From NCBI GenBank assembly GCA_017441705.1, contig JAFRWU010000103.1, positions 3,081 to 67,080 of the forward strand: DNA of 64,000 nt. Reading direction: 5' to 3'. The notes under the pieces are model-generated. The model saw only the letters and a list, made by a program, of their open reading frames with translations, searched no databases and was not told the DNA's origin. Position numbers and translations under genes: made by a program. Every line of letters begins with the position of its first letter. Within the stretch, counting starts at the first letter, position 1. Shown here piece after piece: positions 8,888 through 19,224 of this stretch. The DNA is from Clostridia bacterium (lineage in GTDB: Bacteria > Bacillota > Clostridia > Oscillospirales > QAMX01).

Positions 8888-9712
8888 TTACGGCCTTTCC
8901 CCGGAAACGATCCGTCCTTTTCCGGAAAGGTCGGTCCGGATGCGGATCGCCCTGGCGCCGAAGGTTTCCATGATATGCGCGACCTTGCGGCTCTGGGTTT
9001 CTCCGCATTCAAAAACAATCCGGCCGCCGGAAGGCAGGAGCGAAAGCCGGTACCGCAGGATCGCCCGGAAGAAGTCCATCCCGTCCTCTCCTCCGAAAAG
9101 CGCCAGAGCGGGTTCGCGGCGGGCGACCTCGTCGGCCAGAGGATCGGACAGAGCGACGTAGGGAGGATTGCAGACGATCATGTCGTACCGGTCTTCCGAG
9201 GGAGCCAGGGCGTCGTCGCGGAGGATGCGGACGTTTGCCGCGGGATAACGCCTTGCGTTTTCCCTTGCCACCGCAAGCGCCGGCTCCGACACGTCGCCGA
9301 GAGTCATCGAAAGCTCCGGAAGCTCCAGGGCAAGCGTGATCCCCACGCACCCGGAGCCGGTGCAGAGATCCAGAACGTTTTCCCTGCCGGTGAGGAAACA
9401 CCGCGCCTCCTCCACCAGCTCTTCGGTTTCCGGCCGGGGGATCAGCACGTCGGGCGTCACCGTGAAGGTCCTTCCGTAAAAATCCCATTCGCCGAGAAGA
9501 TAAGCCAGAGGCGTCCCCTCCAGACGGCGGGCGAGAAGCGCGCGGAACCGCGCTTCTTCCTCGGGCGTCACGGGAAGGGACGGCCGCAGATAGTATTCGT
9601 CTTTGGAGATCGACAAGGCGCGCAGAAGGAGCTCCCGCGCCTCAAAGGCGGCGTTCCGTTCGGGGATCGCGGTGCGCGCCTCAAAGAAGAGATCCCGTCT
9701 TGTGGTCACCAT
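8888..9712 (-). CDS. prmC: Release-factor glutamine methyltransferase
   Basis: 274 aa with an NPPY motif (IVCNPPYV) and SAM-binding LDLCTGSG. Confidence 0.85.
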   Translation of the reverse strand: MVTTRRDLFFEARTAIPERNAAFEARELLLRALSISKDEYYLRPSLPVTPEEEARFRALLARRLEGTPLAYLLGEWDFYGRTFTVTPDVLIPRPETEELVEEARCFLTGRENVLDLCTGSGCVGITLALELPELSMTLGDVSEPALAVARENARRYPAANVRILRDDALAPSEDRYDMIVCNPPYVALSDPLADEVARREPALALFGGEDGMDFFRAILRYRLSLLPSGGRIVFECGETQSRKVAHIMETFGARAIRIRTDLSGKGRIVSGERP

Positions 9713-10650
9713 TTGTCGCTCCCGTCTCCGGGGATCACCGGCTTCACCGCTTCGATAGCGGTACGGATCATATCGTCGTCCGGCTCAAACACGGTCAGGT
9801 GCTGGACCAGCAGACCGGGCGCCCGGAGGATGCGGGTGAGAAAATTGTCGTACCGTCCCACCAGGCGGTTGATTTCGTAGGTGACGCCCACCAGGACCGG
9901 CAGACAGAGGATGCGGATCAGGATACGCATCCAGAGACTGTCCCAGGAGATAAAGGAATAGATCAGGATCCCGATGAAAAGCACGACGAAAAGAAAACTC
10001 GTGCCGCAGCGGGGATGGAACCTCTTTTGCGGACGGACGTTTTCCACCGTCAGAGGCAGACCCTTTTCGTAGCAGTATATGGTTTTGTGCTCCGCGCCGT
10101 GAAAGGAATAGACCCGTTTCATGTCCTTCATGCGGGAGGTCAGGAAGAGAAAGAGCAGAAAGATCAACATTTTGATCCCGCCCTCGATCAGGTTGAGGAG
10201 CAGAGAAGACGAAATCACCGGCTTCAACAGAGAGGTCAGGAAGGAAGGCAGAAGGATATAGAGCACCACGGGCAGCAGGATCCCGAAGAAGAGGGAGATC
10301 CCGGTCGTCAGGTTGTCCAGAGCCTTTTTGGACAGCTTTTTTTCCAGCCAGAGATCGAATTTGGACGGCTCGCCTTCGTATCCTTCGGCTTTGGAGGCCG
10401 AGGCGGTGAGATACCGGATCCCCATCGTCAGAGAATGGATCATGTTGGCCACGCCGCGCAGGAAGGGGATCGCAAGGATCTTATGCTTCTTTCCGGGAAG
10501 CGGCGCGTCTTCGGTTTCGACCTCGATGGATTTGTCGGCGCGGAGATAGGCGACGGCAAGCTTGTCGGGACCGCGCATCAGGATCCCTTCGATCAGGGCC
10601 TGACCGCCTATGGAAGTTTTGATGGGCTTCTTGGAAGGTTCATGCGTCAT
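9706..10650 (-). CDS. DUF1385 membrane protein (YqhQ-like)
   Basis: SIGGQALIEGILMRG and FHGAEHKTI motifs. The start was moved to ATG 10650 (GAGGAGGA SD 8 nt upstream). The gene overlaps the kinase stop by 11 nt and is the usual neighbour of prmC. Confidence 0.75.
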   Translation of the reverse strand: MTHEPSKKPIKTSIGGQALIEGILMRGPDKLAVAYLRADKSIEVETEDAPLPGKKHKILAIPFLRGVANMIHSLTMGIRYLTASASKAEGYEGEPSKFDLWLEKKLSKKALDNLTTGISLFFGILLPVVLYILLPSFLTSLLKPVISSSLLLNLIEGGIKMLIFLLFLFLTSRMKDMKRVYSFHGAEHKTIYCYEKGLPLTVENVRPQKRFHPRCGTSFLFVVLFIGILIYSFISWDSLWMRILIRILCLPVLVGVTYEINRLVGRYDNFLTRILRAPGLLVQHLTVFEPDDDMIRTAIEAVKPVIPGDGSDKW

Positions 10651-12109
10651 GAGACGGTTCCTCCTCGGCATTGTCGTGGGTGTAGGGCAGCTTGACGGTG
10701 ATCTCGGTACCGGTCCCCTCTTCGGCGTTCCGGATCAGAAGGCTGCCGTCGTGAAGCGTGACGATCTCCTTCGCCACGGCGAGACCGATGCCGTTTCCGG
10801 GCCGCCGGGAGGAGCCTTTGTAGAATTTCTCGGTAACGTGGGGAAGATCCGCCTCCGGGATCCCCGGACCGTAATCCCGGAAAACGACGGTCACGCAGGG
10901 CTCGCCCTCCCGGAACATGCCGCCGGAAAGCGTGATATCCAGGAATTTGCCTTCGTGCGCATGCTTGCGCGCATTGTCGATCAGGATCACGAAAACCTGG
11001 CGCAGCCGCGCCCGGTCGGCGGAGATCCAGACGTCGTCGCCGAGATTGTTTTCATACCGGATCGAGAAGTCCTCCTGCGCCAGAACCGCACTGAAGGAGA
11101 AGGCGACGTCCTCCAGCTCGTCGCCGGGATTGATCTGGCCGAAATGCACCGCAAGCCGGCCGGATTCCATCCGGGAAAAATCCAGAAGCTCGTCCAGCAT
11201 TTCCTTCAGGTTGCCCGATTCGCGGGTGATTACCGCAAGACCGCGTTTCAGAATGGCGGGGGAATCCATGCTTCCCTCCAGCGTCTCCGCCCAACCGGTG
11301 ATGGCGGTCAGCGGGGTACGGAGCTCGTGGGATACGGAGGAGATGAAATCGTTTTTCACCTTTTCGCTGCGGTCGATCTCGACCGACATGAAGTTGATGG
11401 TTTCCGCCAGTTCGCCGATCTCGTCGTTATAGGCGCCGGAGATCGTCTCGCCGTATTTGCCGGCGGCTATTTTTTTGGCGGCTTCGTTGATTTGCCGGAC
11501 CGGTGTGACGATGGAACGGAGGAAATACAGATTGGTCCACAGGATCAGAAGAAGGATCGCCGATGCGGTCAGGATGATCAGAAGGATGAACCGGCCGACG
11601 ACGTGATCCGCCCGCTCCAGACTCGTTACGAAACGGAAGTATCCGGCAAGCCTGCCCTCGGAGCTGTAAAGCGGGGTGGAAACCGAAATCACCCGTTCTC
11701 CGGTCAGAGAATCCGGACCCGAGTAGCTTTTCAGGGTGCGCGAACGGGAACAGGCCGATACGTCCGGCGTCCCGGGAGGATAGCCGTTGACGATGCCGGA
11801 GGAAGAATAGATGATATCGCCTCCGGCGGATACGGTCTGCATTTCGATGTAGTCCTTGCTGGAAAACTCGTTGGTGAAATTCCGCGCCGCCGTGTAGAAA
11901 TCCGAGGCGGAAACCAGATAACGGTTGAAAAAATCAGCGGTGGTTTCGGCGTTGTTGATCACGCGGGAGAGCATGATGCCGTTGTAGTATTCGCTGACGG
12001 CGGCGCAGAGGACGGCGCTCACGGTGATCAGGATCACGATCACCGGAAGAAGGGTGTTGATCGCCCATCTGGCGCGGATCCCCCGGGTATTCTGGATCGG
12101 GTTTTTCAT
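10640..12109 (-). CDS. Sensor histidine kinase (2 TM, HAMP, HisKA, HATPase_c)
   Basis: 489 aa with H-box FISSVSHELRTPLTAI, N-box IDNARKH and G-box GNGIGLAVAKE. Confidence 0.85.
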   Translation of the reverse strand: MKNPIQNTRGIRARWAINTLLPVIVILITVSAVLCAAVSEYYNGIMLSRVINNAETTADFFNRYLVSASDFYTAARNFTNEFSSKDYIEMQTVSAGGDIIYSSSGIVNGYPPGTPDVSACSRSRTLKSYSGPDSLTGERVISVSTPLYSSEGRLAGYFRFVTSLERADHVVGRFILLIILTASAILLLILWTNLYFLRSIVTPVRQINEAAKKIAAGKYGETISGAYNDEIGELAETINFMSVEIDRSEKVKNDFISSVSHELRTPLTAITGWAETLEGSMDSPAILKRGLAVITRESGNLKEMLDELLDFSRMESGRLAVHFGQINPGDELEDVAFSFSAVLAQEDFSIRYENNLGDDVWISADRARLRQVFVILIDNARKHAHEGKFLDITLSGGMFREGEPCVTVVFRDYGPGIPEADLPHVTEKFYKGSSRRPGNGIGLAVAKEIVTLHDGSLLIRNAEEGTGTEITVKLPYTHDNAEEEPSHDA

Positions 12110-12130
12110 CAGATACGGTCCCTTTCGGTT

Positions 12131-12817
12131 TTACGCCCATTTGTAGCCGTAGCCCCAGACGGTCAGAAGATGCGTGGGGACGGCGGGATTCTCCTCCAGC
12201 TTGATGCGCAGACGGCGGACGTTCACGTCGACGATCTTCACGTCGCCTTTGTACCCGTCGCCCCAGACGGCGTGCAGAATATCCTCGCGGGAAAGAGCCT
12301 TTCCCGCGTTCTCGAAGAAGGTGGAGACCATCTGGTATTCCACCTGGGTCAGCTCGATGGGAGAACCGTTCCGGGTCAGGATGCGCGCTCTTTCGTCCAG
12401 CTCGAACTCGCCCAGCGCGATCACCGTCTCAGGCTCGTCAGGCGAGGGATTGACGCGGCGGTACAGCGCGTCTACCCGAAGCACCAGCTCGGAAGGGGAG
12501 AAGGGCTTGACCACGTAGTCGTCGGCCCCCAGCATCAGGCCGGTGATCCGGTCGCTTTCCTGCGAGCGGGCGGTCAGCATGATGATTCCGGTGCGCCGGC
12601 CGAGCGAACGGATATGCTTGCACACATCGAAACCGCTGATATCGGGAAGCATCACGTCGAGGATCGCGATATCGATCGACGGATCGCCGTCGATCATGCG
12701 GATCGCGTCCTCGCCGCGGTCGGCGGTCAGGACGGCGTAACCGGCTTTGATCAGCGTGATCTCCACGAATTCGCTGATGGAGCTTTCATCCTCCAGAAGC
12801 AGAAGTTTTCTTGCCAT
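12131..12817 (-). CDS. OmpR-family response regulator
   Basis: The start was set at MARKLLLLEDE (ATG 12817). It has a receiver domain with DVMLPD and a winged-helix C-terminus ending ...TVWGYGYKW. Confidence 0.9.
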   Translation of the reverse strand: MARKLLLLEDESSISEFVEITLIKAGYAVLTADRGEDAIRMIDGDPSIDIAILDVMLPDISGFDVCKHIRSLGRRTGIIMLTARSQESDRITGLMLGADDYVVKPFSPSELVLRVDALYRRVNPSPDEPETVIALGEFELDERARILTRNGSPIELTQVEYQMVSTFFENAGKALSREDILHAVWGDGYKGDVKIVDVNVRRLRIKLEENPAVPTHLLTVWGYGYKWA

Positions 12818-12848
12818 CGTTTTTCCTGCCTTTCCTTGGGGTCCCGGG

Positions 12849-14171
12849 TCACTCTTCGCTTTGCGCGGAGTTGGGGAAAGCGGCGCTGTCGACGGGACGC
12901 AGAAGCTGTCTGGCGTCGGCCAGGGAGAGCTTTTCACTGCCTTCAGAATCGCGGGGGTTGACTACGGTCAGATAATTGCCGTTGACCGTGAAGATCACGG
13001 TCTCGTTGTTGGTGGGGATCAGATTGGATCTGCGCGCGGGGTAAAGCTTGCATTCCAGAAGCGTCTGTCCCGAAAGATCGGCGAACAGGGTGCGCCGGAC
13101 GCCGCCGGAATCGGTGCGGGTGTAGACCTGAAGATTGTACCGCCAACCCTGTGGAAGGATCAGATACCATCCGCTTTCCACGTCGTGGTAGGTGGCGAAT
13201 TCATAATCCGTTTCGCCGGTGGGATCGATCCCGAACCAGTCGACGCGGTAATACGTGCTCCCGTTCCCGTTCTGAACGTCCTGCAGCATGGGAAGCTCGA
13301 TGAAGCCGTCCCCGTCGGAATCGGCCGCAGGCAGGAGGAAGGGCATCAGCCAGTTGTTGTTGATTTTCAGCTCGGGATCGTATCCCATATTGAAAAAGCG
13401 GCCGTTGTAGTAGATCAGAGGGTCGGAAATGTATCCCGATACGTAGTAGCGGCTCTCCGCCACAGCCACCACGTCGCCGGTCTTGATGCGTCCCCAGACG
13501 ATGGTTTCCGGCTTCGTCACGCCGATGGAAAGCGGCGCGCGCCCCAGCTCGACGGCCTCTCCGTCCCGGAAGGCGTAAAGGATCGCGGTAGCGTCGTTGC
13601 TGGAATCGCTGTTCTGCAGGATCAGAAGCTCGTCCGCTCCGCTTCCGTCGGCGTTGTATACGAGCCAGTCGGTATAAGGAGCCTTGAGAAGCGATTCCAG
13701 TTCTTTCTTTTCGGGGTTCAGATCAAGAAGCATGGCGTTGTACAGCGCTTCGGTGCCGTATTGGATCCCGACCAGGATCTCCATGTCGCCGTCGCCGTCT
13801 ATGTCGCTGAAGGAGATGCGGGAAAAAGCGTTGCCGGTCAGAGAATACTCGGTCAGGAATTCAAACCGTTCGCCGGCGTCGGCGTAGATGAGGATCGACA
13901 TGTTCGAGGATTCCGATGCGCGCAGAAGGATTACGCCTTCTTCCCGTCCGTCGCCGGTGAGATCGGCAAAGTGCATGGTGGTGCGCAGCTCCCCGCCGAG
14001 AGGATAGGTCAGTTCCCATCCTTCGTCGAGGCGCCGGGTGATTTCATTCTGCAGTTCCTGGTATTCCGGCTTGGGGACCGGAAGCTGAAAGAGATCGTCC
14101 ACCGTGGGAACGCATCCCGCGAGCAGCAGCGTGAAAAGCAGCGCGCCGATCATGAAAAAGAGTTTTTTCAA
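12849..14171 (-). CDS. Lipoprotein with FG-GAP/VCBS-like DxDGDG repeats
   Basis: TTG start at 14171 with GGAGG 6 nt upstream. The signal peptide is KKLFFMIGALLFTLLLAGC (lipobox). Repeats are ADLTGDGREE, SDIDGDGDMEIL, NADGSGADELL and ADSDGDGFIEL. Confidence 0.6.
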   Translation of the reverse strand: MKKLFFMIGALLFTLLLAGCVPTVDDLFQLPVPKPEYQELQNEITRRLDEGWELTYPLGGELRTTMHFADLTGDGREEGVILLRASESSNMSILIYADAGERFEFLTEYSLTGNAFSRISFSDIDGDGDMEILVGIQYGTEALYNAMLLDLNPEKKELESLLKAPYTDWLVYNADGSGADELLILQNSDSSNDATAILYAFRDGEAVELGRAPLSIGVTKPETIVWGRIKTGDVVAVAESRYYVSGYISDPLIYYNGRFFNMGYDPELKINNNWLMPFLLPAADSDGDGFIELPMLQDVQNGNGSTYYRVDWFGIDPTGETDYEFATYHDVESGWYLILPQGWRYNLQVYTRTDSGGVRRTLFADLSGQTLLECKLYPARRSNLIPTNNETVIFTVNGNYLTVVNPRDSEGSEKLSLADARQLLRPVDSAAFPNSAQSEE

Positions 14172-14262
14172 AGACAACCTCCGTAGGTCCGGGAAATCCG
14201 CGTCGAAAGGCGGCGAAAAACCGGCGAAGGGACAAAGCCTCCGCTTTTTCCTATCATAACAC

Positions 14263-14291
14263 ATTCTCCGCTTTTTGTCTATCCCGGCATT
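14263..14291 (-). promoter_or_regulatory. Candidate promoter of the lipoprotein/response-regulator/kinase operon
   Basis: TAGACA, 17 nt, TGtTATGAT (extended -10) on the minus strand. Confidence 0.5.
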
Positions 14292-14408
14292 TTCCGTTTT
14301 CGGCTTGAAACAGGCTGAAAAGCGCGTTTTATACCGCTTTCGGACACGTGCGGAGAAAAAGAGGCGAATGAACGAAGGCCCGCCGCCCGGGCGGGCGGCG
14401 GGCTGTTT

Positions 14409-15512
14409 TCATCGGCTTTCAAGCTTGGGCGGACGGCCGACGCGCATCCACTGCACGGCTTCCTTGCCCTGCTCCACCGGACGGCCGTCCTCGATCCAGG
14501 CCGCGCCGTTTTCGATGGAAAGCGACTGCGGGCTGTTGGAAAACGCCATATACAGATCCTGACCGACCGCGATCGTTTCATGCTCCACAATGCCGTACCG
14601 GGAGACGAGCTCAAGGACCGTTTCGCCCTCGTAGATCATACGGACCGCGTTCCGGCTGTTGTGCATGGGAGGACGGAAGGTATCGGAAAGATCGCTCCGG
14701 AAGTTATAGACGATCAAAGGCTTTCCGGCGTAGACGAGAACGTCCGGGCGCGACTGCACGCCGTCGGCGTAGACCCTGGTCTCCCAGGTTTTTCCGCCGT
14801 CTCCGGACAGGGCGACCCCGCCGTGTCCCGTGCCGTGATCGTCGGGCGGGACGCGGTATACGCCGCATATCCCCTCGTCGGTGACGACGTAGCGGAATTC
14901 GTAGGTCGTCTCAGCCGGGCAGACGGCGAAGGGGACGAGAAGACTCTCAACGATCCGGCACAGAATGGGATACCCCCGGTCGTCGATGGTGACGGCGGTA
15001 TAGAGCTCGCCGTTCCGGCGCGTGACCTTGTTGACGATGGGGTCGGCTTCGCTTTCGGTCCGCAGGCCTCTCGCGGCAAGATAAGCGCGGTATGCGGCGT
15101 TGTCAAGCCGGACGTCGCCCTCGTCGGAGCGGAAGAAAACCTCGGCGCGGGGGGAGACCGTGTCGCTGAAAAAGTCGTAATCCCGGCTCCAGGCGGCTTT
15201 TTCGCCGCGCGTGGAGGTAAAAAGAAGCCTTGTTTTCCCGTCGCCGACCTGATAGTGCGCCGTGGCGAGAAGGCCGCGGGACTGTCCCACGCCCTCATCG
15301 ATCACGCGGCGGCGAACGTTGTTCGGCTGAGACGGAGGGAAGACCGAAAGGCAGAGCCTGCCGGTGCTCTCGCCGTAGCTCTTCCGCCGCCCCGTCATGT
15401 AGGAGACGAAGACGAGGCCGTTTGCCTTGTCGTAAACGACCGCGCTTGCGCACGCGGCCGTCTCGTTCAGCCCGTCGCTGATCTGATCCGTTTCCAGCCC
15501 GTCGTAATTCAC
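14409..15512 (-). CDS. BNR/Asp-box (sialidase-fold-like) protein without signal peptide
   Basis: GTG start at 15512 with GGAGG 7 nt upstream. It has the Asp-box SGDGGKTW. The function is not recognised. Confidence 0.5.
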   Translation of the reverse strand: MNYDGLETDQISDGLNETAACASAVVYDKANGLVFVSYMTGRRKSYGESTGRLCLSVFPPSQPNNVRRRVIDEGVGQSRGLLATAHYQVGDGKTRLLFTSTRGEKAAWSRDYDFFSDTVSPRAEVFFRSDEGDVRLDNAAYRAYLAARGLRTESEADPIVNKVTRRNGELYTAVTIDDRGYPILCRIVESLLVPFAVCPAETTYEFRYVVTDEGICGVYRVPPDDHGTGHGGVALSGDGGKTWETRVYADGVQSRPDVLVYAGKPLIVYNFRSDLSDTFRPPMHNSRNAVRMIYEGETVLELVSRYGIVEHETIAVGQDLYMAFSNSPQSLSIENGAAWIEDGRPVEQGKEAVQWMRVGRPPKLESR

Positions 15513-15688
15513 GCAAACACCTCCCGCGCGCTTTCGGCGCGAACGATTTCCGCCGCTCTTTTTCCGGTCGGCTCCGCTCCTTATTATACCCGCGTCCGAC
15601 CGGGATTGCAACAGCGCGTTCGGTGCGGATCCGCGGAACAGGCGCGGGAAACGGGCGTTTTGAGGCGGGAAAGCCGGAATATTGCAGG

Positions 15689-15717
15689 TTGATTTTTTGC
15701 GGGAAACAGTATATAAT
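15689..15717 (+). promoter_or_regulatory. Sigma-A type promoter upstream of mreB
   Basis: TTGATT, 17 nt, TATAAT. The leader is about 125 nt. Confidence 0.6.
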
Positions 15718-15844
15718 ATGAAAGGTATAGCTCTGTTTATGGATTGATTACGGCGACCGGCAATTTGCCGTCGCTTACCGTTTGAATAAGGTGCAGCCGG
15801 GGATCCGGAACCGGCGGCGCACCGGAAAGCGAGGGAGAAAACGC

Positions 15845-16858
<1,014 letters not shown>

Positions 16859-16877
16859 GGGAAAGAGGGCCAAAACT

Positions 16878-18257
16878 ATGCAGGAATTCCCCCTTGCATC
16901 GCTGGAAAAGCAGGAACCGCGTCCCCGGCTGCACTTTATCGGCATCGGCGGCGTGCATATGAGCGCCATTGCGGAGCTTTTGTTCCGGCGCGGATTCCCG
17001 GTTTCGGGAAACGACAGGGACGAAAGCGATAACGTGCGCCATCTGCGCGAAATCGGCGTCGACGTCAGGATCGGGCACAGACCGGAATACGTGGAAAAGG
17101 CCGATATCGTGATCCGCAACGCGGCCATCCACGACGCTTCTCCCGATATCGCCCGGGCGAGAGAGCTCGGCCTTCCGGTATATGAAAGACAGGAAGTGCT
17201 GGGCGCCCTGATGCGCGGCGCGAAAAAGCGCGTCTGCATCGCGGGTACTCACGGGAAAAGCACCACCACCGCCATGTGCGCCCGCATCGCGTCCGACGCG
17301 GCGACCGATCCCACGGTTTTCTGCGGCGCGAAGATCCCGGAAACGGGAGTCGCTTACCGGTTTGGCGGGAACGATCTGTTTATCGCGGAATCCTGTGAAT
17401 ACTGCGACGCCTTCCTGAGCTTTTATCCCACTCACGCGGTGATCCTGAACGTGGAGCCCGATCATCTGGACTATTTCTCGGGGATCGATCAGATCCGCGA
17501 TTCCTTCCGCCGCTTCGCGTCCCTCGTGCCGCCGGACGGCGTCGTGGTGGCCAACGGCGACGACACGGCGATCCGGGCTTTCCTGAAGGACATCGGCAGA
17601 AGGATCGTCACCGTGGGCTGGAAAACCGGGAACGAATACTATCCGGATGCCTGCGTCCAGACCAACGGATGCTACGCCTTCGACGTGATCCATCACGGCA
17701 GGAAAGAAGCGCATATCGCCCTTTCGGTGCCCGGCAGACACAATATCACCAACGCCCTCGCCGCTTACGCCGTGTCGGCGGCTTGCGGTATGGATAAAGA
17801 GGGGATTGCCCTTTCGCTCTCCCGCTTTGCCGGGACCAAGAGGCGTTTTGAAAAGATTGGATCCTTCGGCGGCGTCGACGTGATCGACGATTTCGCCCAT
17901 CATCCCACCGAAGTGGCGGCCACCATCGCCGCGGCCAAGGGGCTTCCCTACAACCGGGTGATCTGCGTCTACCAGCCGCATACCTACACCCGGACCGAAG
18001 CGCTGTACCGCGACTTCGCGGAGGCGCTGAGGGCGGCGGACGCGGTGCTTCTGGCGCCGATCTACGCGGCGCGGGAAATCAACGAGCACCAGATATCCTC
18101 CGCTCTGATCGGCGATCTGGTGGAGGGAGCCGAGATCCTCTCCTCCTTTGAAGAGATCGAAGAGAGAGTGCGCGCGATCGCCAAGCCCGGCGATCTCGTC
18201 ATGACCGTCGGCGCGGGCGACGTCTATAAGATCGGCTACCGGCTGATCCAAAAGTAA
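16878..18257 (+). CDS. murC: UDP-N-acetylmuramate--L-alanine ligase
   Basis: 459 aa with HFIGIGGVHMSAIAELL and GTHGKSTTT (Mur ligase P-loop). Confidence 0.9.
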   Translation: MQEFPLASLEKQEPRPRLHFIGIGGVHMSAIAELLFRRGFPVSGNDRDESDNVRHLREIGVDVRIGHRPEYVEKADIVIRNAAIHDASPDIARARELGLPVYERQEVLGALMRGAKKRVCIAGTHGKSTTTAMCARIASDAATDPTVFCGAKIPETGVAYRFGGNDLFIAESCEYCDAFLSFYPTHAVILNVEPDHLDYFSGIDQIRDSFRRFASLVPPDGVVVANGDDTAIRAFLKDIGRRIVTVGWKTGNEYYPDACVQTNGCYAFDVIHHGRKEAHIALSVPGRHNITNALAAYAVSAACGMDKEGIALSLSRFAGTKRRFEKIGSFGGVDVIDDFAHHPTEVAATIAAAKGLPYNRVICVYQPHTYTRTEALYRDFAEALRAADAVLLAPIYAAREINEHQISSALIGDLVEGAEILSSFEEIEERVRAIAKPGDLVMTVGAGDVYKIGYRLIQK

Positions 18258-18262
18258 AATCG

Positions 18263-18291
18263 GGCCTCCGCAGCGTGCGGAGGCCTTTTTG
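18263..18291 (+). terminator. Intrinsic terminator of murC
   Basis: Stem GGCCTCCGC/GCGGAGGCC followed by TTTTTG. Confidence 0.75.
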
Positions 18292-18304
18292 TGAGGGAAA
18301 AAAG

Positions 18305-19150
18305 ATGAGAAGAACCATTCGCCCCGTGCGCACGAGATCCTTTATCACCATGGCGGGCGGCGTCGTCTACAAGCAGGTGCCCGACTGGTACGGCAGCGAC
18401 AGCCGGGCGTTATCTATGAATCTGATCCGTCTGATGGACGGGAAACCGCATCCGACGGTCGTCTGGCTGACCGGGGGAGCCTGGCAGAAGGTCTCGAAAA
18501 ACGCCCACGTCCCGGAAATGGTCTATCTGGCGGAGGCCGGATATACCGTCGCCACGGTGGAGTACCGCTCCAGCGAGGACGACGTCTTTCCGGCGCAGAT
18601 CGAGGACGTCAAGGCCGCGATCCGCTTCCTGCGGAAAAACGCCGCGTCGTATCAGGTCGATCCCCTGCATATCGCAGTCATGGGAGAATCAGCCGGAGGG
18701 CATCTCGCGGCGATGGCCGGCGCGACCAGCGGTCTCGGGCTTTTCGACGTCGGGGAAAACCTCGACGTCTCCTCCGACGTGCAGTGCGCGGTGGACTGGT
18801 ATGGGCCGGCGGACTTCGAAGCCTTCAAGGTCGGCGTGCCGGAGATGTTTTCCTTTTCGCCGGAGGCGCTCCTGATCGGCGGACCGGTCCGGGACAATCC
18901 GGAAAAGGCGCGCGCGGCAAGCCCCGTGGCCTACGTGGGGGAGAAGACCCCGCCCTTCCTGATCCTGCACGGGACCGAGGACCAGCTGGTGCCCTTCTCA
19001 CAGAGCGAGACGCTCTATGAAAAGCTCACGGCTGCCGGAGCCGAGGCGGAACTGGTGGCTCTGGAAGGCGCGAACCATGGGGATCCGATGTTTATCACCG
19101 ACGAGGTGAGAGCGGTGATCCTGGATTTTTTGGACAGGCATCTGAAATAA
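18305..19150 (+). CDS. Alpha/beta-hydrolase (esterase/lipase family)
   Basis: The start was set at ATG 18305, because the longer ORF begins inside the murC terminator. It has the nucleophile elbow GESAGGH and a C-terminal HG..D. Confidence 0.75.
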   Translation: MRRTIRPVRTRSFITMAGGVVYKQVPDWYGSDSRALSMNLIRLMDGKPHPTVVWLTGGAWQKVSKNAHVPEMVYLAEAGYTVATVEYRSSEDDVFPAQIEDVKAAIRFLRKNAASYQVDPLHIAVMGESAGGHLAAMAGATSGLGLFDVGENLDVSSDVQCAVDWYGPADFEAFKVGVPEMFSFSPEALLIGGPVRDNPEKARAASPVAYVGEKTPPFLILHGTEDQLVPFSQSETLYEKLTAAGAEAELVALEGANHGDPMFITDEVRAVILDFLDRHLK

Positions 19151-19170
19151 AGCCGGCAATCGGTAAGACG

Positions 19171-19216
19171 ACCCGGGGAGAAGCCGCGGCTTCCCCCCGG
19201 GTCCTTTTTCATTTTT
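19171..19216 (+). terminator. Intrinsic terminator after the hydrolase gene
   Basis: GC-rich imperfect stem ACCCGGGG...CCCCCCGGGT followed by CCTTTTTCATTTTT. Confidence 0.6.
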
Positions 19217-19224
19217 ATTTGAAT

